Positions 37,589-50,694 of a stretch of DNA of 64,000 nt are shown piece after piece. This DNA is from Octopus sinensis (Eukaryota). The stretch is from assembly GCF_006345805.1 (NCBI RefSeq), contig NC_042999.1:14942001-15006000 (forward strand), read 5' to 3'. Every line of letters begins with the position of its first letter. The stretch's first letter is position 1. The notes beneath the pieces were generated by a model, which saw nothing but the letters and a program-made list of their open reading frames with translations, was not told where the DNA came from and did not search any database. A program made the position numbers and the translations under genes.

Positions 37589-37990
37589 TTGTGTGTCTGC
37601 ATTTGTCTCCCTAGCATTGCTTGACAACCGATGCTGGTGTGTTTACGTCCCCGTCACTTAGCGGTTCGGCAAAAGAGACCGATAGAATAAGTACTGGGCT
37701 TACAAAGAATAAGTCCCGGGGTCGATTTGCTCGACTAAAGGCGGTGCTCCAGCATGGCCACAGTCAAATGACTGAAACAAGTAAAAGAGTATTGCCTGAA
37801 AATCGAAAAAAATCATCACTGAATTTGTTGAAAGAGTGTATATGGCATATTTTGGGATCAAGCTGGGAGACCGAGATAAATATTGGGCATCGCATAGTGT
37901 CTGCAAACAATGTACAGAACATTTGCGACAATGGACTAAGGAACAAGGAAAAGTATGAGATTTGCTATAACAGAAATCATCGTTAAATCG
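36906..37990 (+). mobile_element. Chapaev3-like (CMC) transposon 5' part, interrupted by a SINE
   Basis: From ATG 37302: MSSSRKCCVNTPNMFCYVCGK [SINE] ..ITEFVERVYMAYFGIKLGDRDKYWASHSVCKQCTEHLRQW. CAC terminus at 36906. Confidence 0.75.
37373..37790 (+). mobile_element. SINE family A, full length
   Basis: Head to tail intact. Confidence 0.92.
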
Positions 37991-38024
37991 CGGAAACTAT
38001 GTTGAGTTACTGAACTATACACTT

Positions 38025-38429
38025 ACTCTTCTACTTGTTTCAGTCATTTGACTGCGGCCAAGCTGGAGCACCGCCTTTAGTCGAGCAAATCGACCCCAGG
38101 ACTTATTCTTTGTAAGCCCAGTACTTATTCTATCGGTCTTTTTTGCCGAACCACTATGTTACAGGAACGAAAACACACCAGCATCGGTTGTCAAACAATG
38201 CTAGGGGAACAAACACAGACACACAAACATATACACACACATACATATATATATATACATATATACGACAGGCTTCTTTCAGTTTCCGTCTACCAAATCC
38301 ACTCACCAGACATTGGTCGGCCCGGGGCTATAGCAGAGGACACTTGCCCAAGATGCCACGCAGTGGGACTGAACCCGGAACCATGTGGTTGGTTAGCAAG
38401 CTACTTACCACACACCCACTCCTGCGCCT
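38025..38429 (-). mobile_element. SINE family A, full length
   Basis: Reverse-complement copy. Confidence 0.92.
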
Positions 38430-38430
38430 A

Positions 38431-38830
38431 TACTGCAAAATTTGATGACAAATTGGCACAACATTTACAAAATTCATCAGTTTTTTCTGGCCTTTCTAAG
38501 ATACAAAGTGACTTGATAGAGGCTGTAGGTACGATCGTAGAAAATAATATTAAAGAAGTCGCACAAGCCTCGTTCATTGCCATAGGAGGGGATGAAACGA
38601 CAGATATTTCATGTATAGTTCAGTATTCTACAGTTTTGAGGTATGTGTTGGATTCTGATATCAAAGAAGTCTTTATAGGATTTGACATTCTTCAGGACAG
38701 AACTGTTGGAGGTGTAATAGAGTGTATATTTAATAATTTGGATAAATACGACTGTCGCGAGAAACGTGTAGCACAGACGTACAATGAGGCAATAGTGGAT
38801 GGTATCCAATTTAAATGGTGTTCAAGTTAA
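38431..38830 (+). pseudogene. hAT (Tip100/ZMYM1-like) transposase fragment
   Basis: SKIQSDLIE..FIAIGGDETTDIS..LRYV..EVFIGF..AQTYN. Confidence 0.85.
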
Positions 38831-38867
38831 AGTAAAATTTCAGGCTTTGTGCCTTTTGTAGAAAGGC

Positions 38868-38906
<39 letters not shown>

Positions 38907-38915
38907 TATTATTAT

Positions 38916-38956
<41 letters not shown>

Positions 38957-39287
38957 TTATTATTATTATCTCACTGTAGCAAAATTACGCAAATTATTAC
39001 AAGGAATTTGAATAAAAATTGCTTGAAACGACACATTTTGTTGTATATTTGGCGTGTCATTATACCAATAATAAACAATTAATTGATACATTGCTGATTA
39101 TTTTTTTCTGTAAACTAGTCGGCTAATAATTATGAAAGCAGTAAAATAGAACCAGAGCGTTGGTTTATTGTCGGTATAATGCTCCTTTCCATAAACAACA
39201 AAATGTGTTTCAGTACACGCGTTCACATCAAGTGTCTTGCGAGTCAAAATTCAGTAATGATGTGTGTGTATATTTATATATATATAT

Positions 39288-39495
39288 ATATTGTATAAAA
39301 GATCGTGGGTAAGGCCAAAACAATGCATAGTAAATGCAAGGTAAATCAAAAGAAAACAAATATGTGAATTAATGTAGGCATACCTTGTATTCGATATTTC
39401 GTGGTTATGACCTCATTTTCAAACTTTTTTTCTGTGAATTACCTTGCATTTACTTCGCATTGTTCTGGCCTTACCCACGATCTTTTATACAATAT
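39288..39495. repeat. Inverted repeat (~70-bp arms) between TA tracts
   Basis: ATATTGTATAAAAGATCGTGGGTAAGGCCA / TGGCCTTACCCACGATCTTTTATACAATAT. Confidence 0.75.
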
Positions 39496-39536
39496 ATTCT
39501 ACACAATGCTTCACAGTAATTATATATATATATATA

Positions 39537-39915
39537 CGAGCAAAACGCCCCCGTCCAATGAAAGGTGCTGAGTTATCAAACATTTAAACCAAATTTTCTC
39601 AAAACAACTTGTGCGACCGTCCCATAGGCCTCCCCTTTGAGAAACACTGATTTAACCTAAATTTGAGACATCAGCAAAAGAAGAAATAAAGATAGACTTT
39701 TTTCTATTCTAAGAAAAAACGATTTTACAAATGCACGTTCCCACGGCTTTATCGATCACATTCTCACCTGGAATCAATTTTTTAAATTTTTTGAAGATTT
39801 ATACACGCCCTGATTCCGTCGGTATCTACATATCAAATTTGAGCGCAATCGGATGGAGGATGCCCGAGATCCTAGAAGGTACACAGACAGACAGACGGAA
39901 CGGATTTTATATAAC
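39537..39915 (-). mobile_element. Probable Helitron-like non-autonomous element, diverged
   Basis: Decayed CTAG end with GC hairpin remnant and a GACA repeat near the other end. The related terminus at 48945-48972 is intact. Confidence 0.45.
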
Positions 39916-40018
39916 ATATATATATATATATATTGGACTGGATGGTTACAAGTGGCACTCCAGCTCGATCAGGAATGATCGTGGGTTTAAGCAGCAGTGG
40001 TAATAGCAGCAACGTTCA

Positions 40019-40560
40019 ATGAACAGGAATAAACACTTAAAGGAATTTATAACGTGTCTGGGAAGAACAGCAAACTCAAACTTTCCAGTTACTCATATAA
40101 AAATCAAATATTATAAACGAAAAACAAAAAAGACATTGGAATGTCTACAGAAAGATTCCTCTGTAGACATTAAAGCATCTCACAAAGGAGGAGCTATTGG
40201 AACGATTTGCAAAACGTGTTGCAGGAAACTAAATAACCAACAATTTTATAAAAGTTTAAAAGTCAATGCAGATAAGCAAACAATGATCAAAATTGTTAAA
40301 TTAATGGACAAATTCAAAAAGAATTTAATGGAAATGGATTAGATCACCTAAGAAATTCTGAGGTAAAACAAGTAACTTTTATAGAATACCGAACGTCGAA
40401 AAATCTAAAGAAATCCATAGTACCATAAAGGGTTTCTTTACTCTATATGTAAAGATAACCCAAACGTCTTATTTGAAATTACGCCCAATCGTTACTGGGC
40501 ACTCAACAATTAAGCAATTTATTGGACATAACTTTGAAATTATTATGCAAGACCATCCTA
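40019..40560 (+). pseudogene. Degenerate PLE RT N-terminal fragment
   Basis: LQKDSSVDIKASHKGGAI (IKxADKGG), LNNQQFYK and LKLRPIV motifs. Confidence 0.7.
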
Positions 40561-41346
40561 ATTCACGTTCCAAAAACATAAATATCCCATTTGTAGTCAC
40601 CCATTAATCCTTGAAATCAGAACATATCAGATTCGACCTAGACAACTAAAAGATGAATTCTACACGAACATCAGAAAATAATTAAAGAACCACAAATTTC
40701 CAACAGCCGAATACAACTGCCACATCTTAAAATGCAAAATTCACACCAGAAGAAGAAATAATGCAGGTAACAAAATGGAAACCTTGGGTGTGAAACGAAT
40801 GAAATTATTGAACAGGGCAACAATCAAAACTTTCAAGAATTGGAAGGAATTGAAGGTTAATGCAAATGTGAGCTGTTAAACCAAAAATCTCATTCACACA
40901 TTATATGCCCACAATGAAATAAGAATTATATTAGCCAAATGGGATTAAAATGAATAGATCGGGTCAGGATTCATAAGCAACAGATCAAAGATTCGTTTCT
41001 TAGAAATGTTCTATGTTGTAAACATTTAGATACTTGTACAAAAAGAAAGTTCAAACTATTCAAAATAAATGAAGAAAATGATTAACTACAAAAGCAAAAC
41101 AAGAATACTTTCTGGAAATTTAAAATCCGAGCTAAACCGAAAAGTGTCAAACTTCGTTCCACATGCTATGTGTCATTATGTTATTTTTTTAAATATAATT
41201 AATAATTTTTAATTTAAAGAAGTCTTCCTTCTAATATTACGACTGCATCAAAACGTTTTTATAAACACGTGTGTGGTGTGTGTGTGTGTGTGGAGTGGGT
41301 GTGTGCATGTGTATACGTGTACGCGTATATATGTATATATATATAT

Positions 41347-41377
<31 letters not shown>

Positions 41378-41420
41378 ATGTGTGTGTGTGTGTGTGCGCG
41401 CACACGCGCACACACACGTA

Positions 41421-42271
41421 CAGAGTGCGGTGAATAAACTATCGTCTAAATTTCGCAAAAATGAAACTAACACTGAAATCTCATTTTAACAGCTATATTT
41501 ACCAAAATTACATAGAAAATATCTTGAAATACTAACGGGTAAATTTATTCAATAAAATCGCCATTAGCTTCAACCACGGCCTCCAGACGACTTCGGAATC
41601 CCTGTTGAAGTCGGTGAATTTTGCCATAATCCTTGCCTTCAGTTCATCTTTGGTGTTACAAGGAGTTTGTTGATCTCTCACTCAACTGCACCCCACACAT
41701 AATAATCAAGGTGATTGCAGCCTGGAGAGTTAGGTGGCCAGATGTTAGGGGTGATGTGGTCGCAGAAATTATCTGACAGCCATGACTCGGTTCTCCTGCC
41801 TGTGTGGCATGGTACAGAGTCCTGTTGCCAGACATAGGGTCTTCGAGCAGCCACCCTCTTGACCCAGAGCAGCTCTACCTCCTCCATGCACTTGATGTAG
41901 GTCTCCGTGTTGAGTCTGAGCCCGGGTGGGAAGATGAATAGAGGCATAACGTCTCCATCACTAATGATCACTCCAAACACCATGATGTTAACTGGATGTT
42001 TGATTTTTATGCATCCGAATCCTCCGCTCTGTCCTCAGATTGACACTAAACACTCTGAAATGTTCGTATTGGAGCTTCTAGCGCAAACGTCAAGCAGTAC
42101 AGCATGTTGTTTCCAAATTTCTGGCAAAGTGAATAGCATCGTGGTGCTGTTTTTCTCACAGACGTTGCCCAACTGACCCTATTATGCAGTGTAGTCAACA
42201 AAATGAAAAACAACGCACGTGTGTGAAATTAATAATATAAAATGGTGAGAATTTAGCCATCGCAACTTATG
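41421..42271 (-). mobile_element. Tc1/mariner DD37D (maT-like) element, internally deleted
   Basis: MVFGVI..WQQDSVPCHT..WPPNSPGCNHLDYYVW, with 37 aa between the catalytic aspartates. Diverged TIRs, TA flanks. Confidence 0.85.
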
Positions 42272-42404
42272 TATATATACACACATACTAACAAGGAGAA
42301 TGAAGAGAGCAATTCGTTTTATTGAATAATTCTATAATTGTTTCCTTGACACTTTACCAAAAGTTTATTGCTGGAATATATGAAATAATACGTTAAATCA
42401 GTAT

Positions 42405-43350
42405 ACTTTTCTACTCTAGGCACAACGCCCGGAATTTTGGGGGAGGAGGGGGGCAGTCGATAAGATCGACTCCAATTGACTCCGAAAGGATGAAAAGCAA
42501 AGTCAACCTCTGCGGAATTTGAACTCAGAACGGCGTGCTAACGTTTCTTATTTCTTTATTGCCCAGAAGGGGCTAAACATAGAGGGGACAAACAAGGACA
42601 GACAAAGGGATTAAGTCGATTACATCGACCCTAGTGCGTAACTGGTACTTAATTTATCGACCCCATAAGGATGAAAGGCAAAGTCGACCACGGCGGAATT
42701 TGAACTCAGAACGTAACGGCAGAGGAAATACCTATTTCTTTACTACCCACAAGGGGCTAAACAGAGAGGGGACAAACAAGGACAGACATAGGTATTAAGT
42801 CGATTACATCGACCCCAGTGCGTAACTGGTACTTAATTTATCGGCCCCGAAAGGATGAAGGGCAAAGTCGACCTCGGCGGAATTTGAACTCAGAACGTAA
42901 CGGCAGACGAAATACCGCTAAGCATTTCGTCCGGCGTGCTAACGTTTCTTATTTCTTTATTGCCCACAAGGGGCTAAATATAGAGGGGACAAACAAGGAC
43001 AGACAAAGGGAGTAAGGCAATTAGATCGAACCCAGTGAGTAACTGGTACTTAATTTATCGACGCCGAAAGGATGAAAGGCAAAGTCGACCTCGGCGGAAT
43101 TTGAACTCAGAACGTAATGACAGACGAAATACCTATTTCTTTATTGCCCAGAAGGGGCTAAACAGAGAGGGGACAAATAAGGACAGACAAACGGATTAAG
43201 TCAATTATGTTGACCCCAGTACGTAACTGCTACTTATTTAATCGACCCCGAAAGGATGAAAGGCAAAGTCGACCTCGGCGGAATTTGAACTCAGAACGTA
43301 GCGGCAGACGAAATACCGCTAATCATTTCGCCCGGCGTGTTAACGTTCTA
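42405..43350 (-). repeat. SINE family B tandem array (~5 units)
   Basis: Repeated ~190-215-bp units. Confidence 0.9.
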
Positions 43351-44488
43351 ACATTAAATCAGTATTATTCCAGGAAAGTGGAAAATATTGACTCTTCAGC
43401 CCTATGTATTAATCAATTTGTTGAATGAATCTTTATTTCACGTCAAACATACTCCTCGTTGAAGATGTTCTTATCACTTCATTAGCATATCAAATTTTAA
43501 GCAAAAGACAAATACACGATAAACTACAACGGCCACGAAATAGGCTGAATCAAAGCGAAGAAAATAAGACTAAAATAAATAATTAAATAAATAAATAAAT
43601 GATCATATAAGATAATAAATATGTCACTGTGTCTCCAGAATCATTTATCTATTAATAGATAGTGTTTTCCGTAAAGTTATTAGGGTAGGCGGCTGCTCGA
43701 CTTAGTGTTTGTTTTATCATAAATACTATACTTATCAGGCAACTTCTGAAAACGAACTGGCATAATGTCTTGCTGAGTTCTGCACGAGAAACAATGAATT
43801 TCTGAGTTGTCTGATGAGCTTCGGTGTTGCATAATGGACGGCATCACCTGGATAATGGTATTATGTTTACATCGAAATAAAACGGCTTAACGAAACAGTT
43901 ATAGCAATGGACATTCAATCGTATGTATTATTTTATTTTACGCCACACTACATATATACCTTATCCATCGTTGAATAATTTGTATATTACTGAAATTAGC
44001 AACTTCTCCAAGAACAGTATCTTAACTTCATCGAAGCCTTCTGCGCTAATAATGGATTACTTCACCCTCTGCTCTGCGTGATTATGTCAAGCTAATTAGT
44101 GGAATACTACACGTTGATATGCTTTGATATTTTACCTATATATGTGTGTATGTGTTTGTTTGTTTATTGTGTGTGTGTGTCTATAGTTTATAATTTAGGA
44201 GCAAAGCCATGAATTCTGAGGGAGGGGGTTTAGGTCAATAGTATTAACCCCAGTACTTGACTGCTGTTTTATTGTAGCAACCCCGGAGGAATGAAAAGCA
44301 AAGTCGACGTCGTTGGCAACGTGAAGAACCGGAACAAATAACGCAGAAAATTTTTTATTCGACGATCTAACGAGTCTTCCAGTTCATCGCCTTCGAATTA
44401 CCATACGCTGGTATTAAATCTTGCTAACTCAGCGGAATCTGAAACAACATTGTGATGCAATCATATTTCATTATATATATATATAAAA

Positions 44489-44866
44489 CTAGCAGTATCG
44501 CCCGGCGTTGCTCGGGTTTGTAAGGGAAATAACTATATAAGCATTTTTAGAGAGTTATAGCCAAAAAATAGCAAAAAAATGCATTAAAAATGGAAAAAAA
44601 ATTATGGTAAATTTTTTTTAAAATCGTTGACTCATCGTAGACATTTTTAGAGAGTTACTTCCCTTATATAATAGCGAAAAAATGCATTAAAATGGAAAAA
44701 AATGATGGTAAATTATTTTTGAAATCGTAGACTCATCGTAGTCGCACGCTATGAATCACGACTATAAGATACCCGCTTTTGGGTACACTGCACCGCAAAA
44801 TGTGGGAGTAGTTAGGAATCTAAATCGTGGGAGACAGACACACAACTTGACTTTTATATATAAAGA
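44489..44866 (-). mobile_element. Non-autonomous Helitron
   Basis: Same 3' hairpin and CTAG, 5'-TC. Confidence 0.85.
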
Positions 44867-45007
44867 TTAAGTCTTTATATATGGATTCAACTAATCTGGT
44901 GGTACTCATAAAAAAAGTTCCTTTATGTGTCATTCTACAAGTCATATTGAATATATAACGTGATACAATGGAAAAACTTAAGGAGTGTATACAATTATAA
45001 ATAGCGA

Positions 45008-45200
45008 GAGAAATATACTATGATGAAATTTATTTTACCATTGGAAATTCATATATAACGACAACTGAAAGTAATTTATTGTTTAGTAATAAAATATAAT
45101 AAAATAAAGTATCTATACATGCTTATTAAGCTGCGAAACAATTGTCGTCAAATAAGAATTTCCAATGGTAAAATAAATTTTATCTGAGTATATTTCTCCC
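45008..45200. repeat. Inverted repeat (~55-bp arms)
   Basis: AAATTTATTTTACCATTGGAAATTC / GAATTTCCAATGGTAAAATAAATTT. GAAACAATTGTC at the inner edge resembles the 3' half of a hammerhead. Confidence 0.65.
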
Positions 45201-45205
45201 ATGAG

Positions 45206-45292
<87 letters not shown>

Positions 45293-45296
<4 letters not shown>

Positions 45297-45320
45297 CTTA
45301 TACTTGGTCTTCACTTCAGC

Positions 45321-45356
<36 letters not shown>

Positions 45357-45646
45357 TTAGTTTCTTTGTCAAAGAACTTTCGTCACACATCCTCTGACCT
45401 TTTCAATTAATCTTTACTTATGTGTCTCCTCGTTTAGTCCATTTTGTGGTAAGGTCTAAGTGTGTTTACGCATCTCCTAGTGTTCTGTTTAGTCTAAAAT
45501 GGACTGAGCTGAACATGAGGAGACACGTGACATAAAAAGTCTCTGAAGAGGTCACAGGGTGTATGACGATAGAGCTTTGATAAGAAAATCTCAAATAATA
45601 ATAATAGAGCTGAAGTGAAGACTAAATAAGGAAGACCAAGAACGAC
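45293..45646. repeat. Diverged inverted repeat pair with decayed hammerhead motifs
   Basis: 45293-45445 versus reverse complement of 45495-45646. CTGAAGA-GGTCA..TGAC-GATA at 45543 and TTGAAAA-GGTCA..TGAC-GAAA on the other arm. Confidence 0.6.
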
Positions 45647-45648
45647 AA

Positions 45649-45694
<46 letters not shown>

Positions 45695-45697
<3 letters not shown>

Positions 45698-45922
45698 CTT
45701 TATTGCCCACAAGGGGCTAAACATAGAGGGGACAAACAAGAACAGACAAAGGGATTAAGTCGATTAGATCGACCCCAGTGCGTAACTGGTACTTCATTTA
45801 TCGACCCCGAAAGGATGAAAGGCAAAGTCGACCTCGGCAGAATTTGAACTCGGACCGTAACGGCAGACGAAATACTGCTAAACATTTCGCCCGGCGCGCT
45901 AACGTTTCTGCCAGCTCACCTC
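45695..45922 (-). mobile_element. SINE family B
   Basis: Homology to family B. Confidence 0.9.
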
Positions 45923-46045
45923 CTTCTTTTGGTGGAGCTTAGGTGTTTCGCTCATAAACACACACATCGCCCGGTCTGAGATTCGAACCTGCGATCCCTC
46001 GACAGCGTGTCCGCTGCTCTAACCATTAGGCCATGTGCCTCCTAT

Positions 46046-46076
<31 letters not shown>

Positions 46077-46088
46077 GAGAGAGAGAGA

Positions 46089-46475
46089 GGCGTGTCTGTG
46101 TGGTAAGAAGCTTGCTTCCCAACCACATAGTTCCGGGTTCAGTCCCACTGCGTGGCACCTTGGGCGAGTGTCTCCTACTATAGCCTCGGGTCGACCAAAG
46201 CCTTGTGAGTGGATTTGGTTGACAGAAACTGAAAGAAGCCCGTCGTATATATGTGTGTGTGTGTGTGTGTGTGAGAATGTGTGTGTCTCCCAACATCGCT
46301 TGACAACCGATGCTGGTGTGTTTACGTCACCGTGACTTAGCGGTTCGCAAAAGAGACCGATAGAATAAGTACTAGTCTTACAAAGAATAAGTCCTGGTGT
46401 CAATTTGCTCGACTAAAGGCAGTGCTCCAGCATGGCCGCAGTCAAATGACTGAAACAAGCAAAAGACTAAGAGTA
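46089..46475 (+). mobile_element. SINE family A
   Basis: Homologous to 2757-3171. Confidence 0.9.
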
Positions 46476-46481
46476 GAGCGA

Positions 46482-46535
<54 letters not shown>

Positions 46536-47129
46536 TTGTATATATTCTAATGCTGTTCTTATTTATGTCAAACATTAGCTCTATTTATCTGCTATTATCT
46601 TCTAATCCTAATTAAATTGAAAGCCCCATTAAAAAAGTATATACCTTAAGCAAATAATCCGAAATTAACAACTAAGCTGACAGGTTCACCCAGAGAAATT
46701 AAAAATACTGGAACTTTAGAAAGAAAGATACCTGACATGTTCCATATTCTCTTTTGAACTACTTTATGTTTAACTTCCATATTTAACTTATCTTACTCCA
46801 AATATTTAGTTTCAAGTTTCGGGATTTAGAAATTCGTTACTATATATATTGTACACCCTCGACTAATATAACTTAATTCAAATCTCTGGTCGCATTTGCT
46901 TTTAGCTCAAAAACAACCCTTGTTTATCTTACGTATTTTTATCTTATTTTTATTTTGAATGTCTGGTTCTCGTCACGAACTAAAGAAACTATATTAACCA
47001 ATGAAATATCCCCACGAAGGTAATTAGTTCGGATGTAAAACGTGTTGTTTGAGAATTTTACACAACACGAAATGTGTGGAGAAATTATTGAAACATCCTC
47101 TCACTGTCAATCTCATTTAGGGCAGTTCA

Positions 47130-47608
47130 AATACATACATACGTACATATATGCATATATAAGTACATACATAGATATATGCATATATAAGTACACACAT
47201 AGATATATGCATATATAGGTACATACATACATACATACATACATAGATATATGTATATATAAGTACATACATACATAGATATATGCATATATAAGTACAT
47301 ACATACATAGATATATGCATATATAAATACATACATACATACATAGATATATGCATAAATAAGTACATACATACATACATACATAGATATATGCATATAA
47401 GTACATACATACATATATACATACATACATAGATATATGCATATAAGTACATACATTCATGCATACATAATGCATATATACATACATATATACATGCATA
47501 CATACATACATGCATACATACATGCATACATACGTGCATGCATACATACATTTATACATGCACGTATGCATACATACATACATACATACAGGCATGTATG
47601 CATACATA
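47130..47608. repeat. Compound TACA/TAGA microsatellite with higher-order repeat
   Basis: Recurrent AAG(TACA)nTAGATATATGCATATAT unit. Confidence 0.95.
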
Positions 47609-47627
47609 CGTGTGTGTGTGTGTGTGT

Positions 47628-48038
47628 GTAGAAGCTAGCTTTGCAACCACGTGGTTTTGGGCTCAGGTCCATATTGCGCGGTATCTTGGGAAGTGGTCCT
47701 TTCCTATAGCTCCGACCCAACCAATACCTTGTAAATGAATTTGGTTCGCAAGGAAACTGTGTGGAAGCCCTTCGTATACACACATATATGAGTGTGTTTG
47801 TGTGTATCTCTGTGTGTGCCTTTGCCTCTATGTTTCTTTCCTCACCCCCACCTCACCACTTGACGACCAGTGCTGCTGTGCACACGTCTCTATAACTTAG
47901 CGATACGACAAAGGCATCGATAGAATATGTACCAAACTTTAAAAGAAATAAGTACTGGAGTTAATTTGATCTATTAAATCTTTTCAAGGCAGTGTTCCAG
48001 CATGGCCGCAATCAATCAATACATACACACACACACAC

Positions 48039-48069
<31 letters not shown>

Positions 48070-48230
48070 TATATAAATACACACACACACATACATATAT
48101 TGATTGTTTTATTTGCTTCAGTCATTTAACTGCGGCCATGCTGGAGCACCGCCTTTAGTCGAGCAAATCTACCCCAGAACTTATCCTTTGTAAGACTAGT
48201 ACTTATTCTATCAGTCACTTTTGCCGAACC
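47628..48230. mobile_element. SINE family A copies, tail-to-tail (47628-48010 +, 48105-48230 -)
   Basis: Homology to family A. Confidence 0.75.
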
Positions 48231-48240
48231 CCTGCAATAA

Positions 48241-48319
<79 letters not shown>

Positions 48320-48320
<1 letters not shown>

Positions 48321-48470
48321 TACTTTTAGCTTATTTTAGAAGCAAATTGAATTTTGTTCACAGCTGTTAGTTCAGTGTCAATTTTAACATGGAGTGCAAA
48401 AACGAACATATTCGCCATGTTCTGCGTTTCTATTTCCGTTAAGGCTAGAATCACATATGATTCGTCTCAA
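48320..48470 (+). pseudogene. Mariner transposase N-terminal remnant
   Basis: ME..EHIRHVLRFYFR*G (mariner HTH start). Confidence 0.45.
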
Positions 48471-49454
48471 AGAATCAATCTTAAAATAAGAGTCTTGCTT
48501 CCACTAGCGAAAGCTATACGTATCTTTCAGAAAGCCCCATACCAATTTAACTTTACGCACCATTAGCTGTTAGTTTATGCGCAGGCTATGAGGGAAGACT
48601 GAATAACTCTCTTTGCTGTTGGAAAAAATTAAAACTCGCAAAGGGGAAATTTCAACGTCTTCCTTCAATTTCATTACACCATTTATGTGGCTGTTTCTGA
48701 CAAGAAATTTCGCTTTCATGTAAAGCAACTACATATTGTAGTCATTACCTGTAGCTTTACTTTGCATCGCTTGCAAACTTATATGTTCTATGATCATTAA
48801 AGTGCAACGACCTCCACAATAACCAGCCATCAATTTGATTTTCCGCTCCTAGGTTACTCGGAAATATAAACTGCCGTGCTACTCATAAACCTTCTCGGTA
48901 GTTCAATTATTTGGTGAAAAAAAATACCACCAAAGCAACTTAAACCGTCCAAAGGACGGGTGCGCTTGCTAGTATATATTAAAACAAATACTGATTCATT
49001 CCCCTAAAACCATTTCGTCCATGTTTCAAAGTGAAATAAATCACAATTTGTTTCAAATTTCGTGGTTGCTGTTCTCGTCTAAAGTAACGCATTCATGACA
49101 AATGATGAACATCAAGATGAACACCTGCGATATATTTGTTACTGGTGTGAACAGTTTGCGACCGATAAATCTCATTGAAGATATTCTGGTTTTTGTTGAA
49201 AGATTAATTGCATACGCTGCTGTTTTACAATTTTATAATTGTAGGCTTTGTCTATCAAGCAATACAAATTATTTGCGGAGAGACGGTTTGTGCGAAGTTG
49301 GAACAAAACATGGATCTCTGAAATCGATAAAGCAAAGCTAAGATTAAAATTGTATTTCTATGGATGAAAGAAAGGAAAATGGCCCAAACAAATAATTTTA
49401 TTCCAGATCGCATATATTTTAGTGCCATTCATATCGAACAAACTTGTGTCCGTG

Positions 49455-49662
49455 GAAACGTTAGCACGTCAGGCGAAATGCGTAGCCGTATTTCGTCTGC
49501 CATTACGTTCTGAGTTCAAATTCCGCCGAGGTCGACTTTGCCTTTCATCACTTCGGAGTCGATTAAATAAGTACCAGTTACGCACTGGAGTCAATATAAT
49601 CGACTTAATCCGTTTGTCTGTCCTTGTTTGTTCCCTCTATGTTTGTGGGCAATAAAGAAATA
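49455..49662 (+). mobile_element. SINE family B
   Basis: Homology to family B. Confidence 0.85.
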
Positions 49663-49877
49663 GGAAATTTCCTGTCGGATTGCTCTTGATATGTCTCACC
49701 ATTGCGCAGACAGCCTGGCTTCCAAGAAAAGAAATGAAACTGATGAGGACGTTCGTAGCGTTCATGCTATTGTCTGTCTTGACAAGGTTTAGCAAAACTT
49801 GCAGGGAGATCGATATGAAGTAACGAGACAAAAATATATCATTTCAACAAATCATATGAGAAGAAGAGGAATATTCT

Positions 49878-50267
49878 ACTTACTCTTTTATTTGTTTTAG
49901 TCATTTGACTGTGGCCGTGCTGGAGCACCGTCTTTAGTCGAGCAAATCGACCCCAGGACTTATTCTTTGTAAGCCTAGTACTTATTCTATCGGTCTCTTT
50001 TGCCGAACCGCTAAGTTACGAGGACGTAAACACACCAGCATCGATTGTCAAGCGATGCTGGGGGACAAAGACACAAACACACACACATATATATATATAC
50101 GTATATACATATATACGACAAGCTTCTTTCAGTTTCCGTCTACCAAATCCACTCACAAGGCTTTGGTCGGCCCGAGGCTATAGTAGAAGACACTTGCCCG
50201 AGGTGTCACGCAGTGGGACTGAACCCGGAACCATGTGGTTGGTAAGAAAGCTACTTACCACACAGCC
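49878..50267 (-). mobile_element. SINE family A
   Basis: Reverse-complement copy. Confidence 0.9.
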
Positions 50268-50694
50268 TGAGCAGAATTTTTGGACGTGAACCACAATCGG
50301 CAAAATGCGAACACAAAATACCTTCATACTATTTCTTAAAATCACCTGACTGTCTCTTCTATAAAATTCTATAATCTCAAATAATTTGTACATTAAAATG
50401 AATAACATTATTGTGGGAGTTAATATTGATTCAAACTCTTCCATCTTATATTCATCATCATCAACTACTGGAGATTTCTGGCTCGAGTTCTAGGACTCAT
50501 AGAGCCGGTTACCCAGGCTCCATGACGTATAAATGACTGAGATCACAATATTCCTCCTAAAGGAGACGCCACTATGTCACGGCACCTTATTGTGGGTGAG
50601 TTAAAGAAAAAATATTTAAAAAAAACCCCATAGACTTAACCACCCAGTAAAGAGTTACAAAGAGAAATGGTTTCAAACACACTTGATTTAGACC

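Noticed and set aside
38156-38830. 224-aa ORF as a host ZMYM1-like gene
   Set aside because: The N-terminal part is antisense SINE and the rest is a truncated hAT transposase.
43808-43830. CTGATGAG hammerhead-core match (also at 49740)
   Set aside because: No GAAA after a helix II and no compatible helices.
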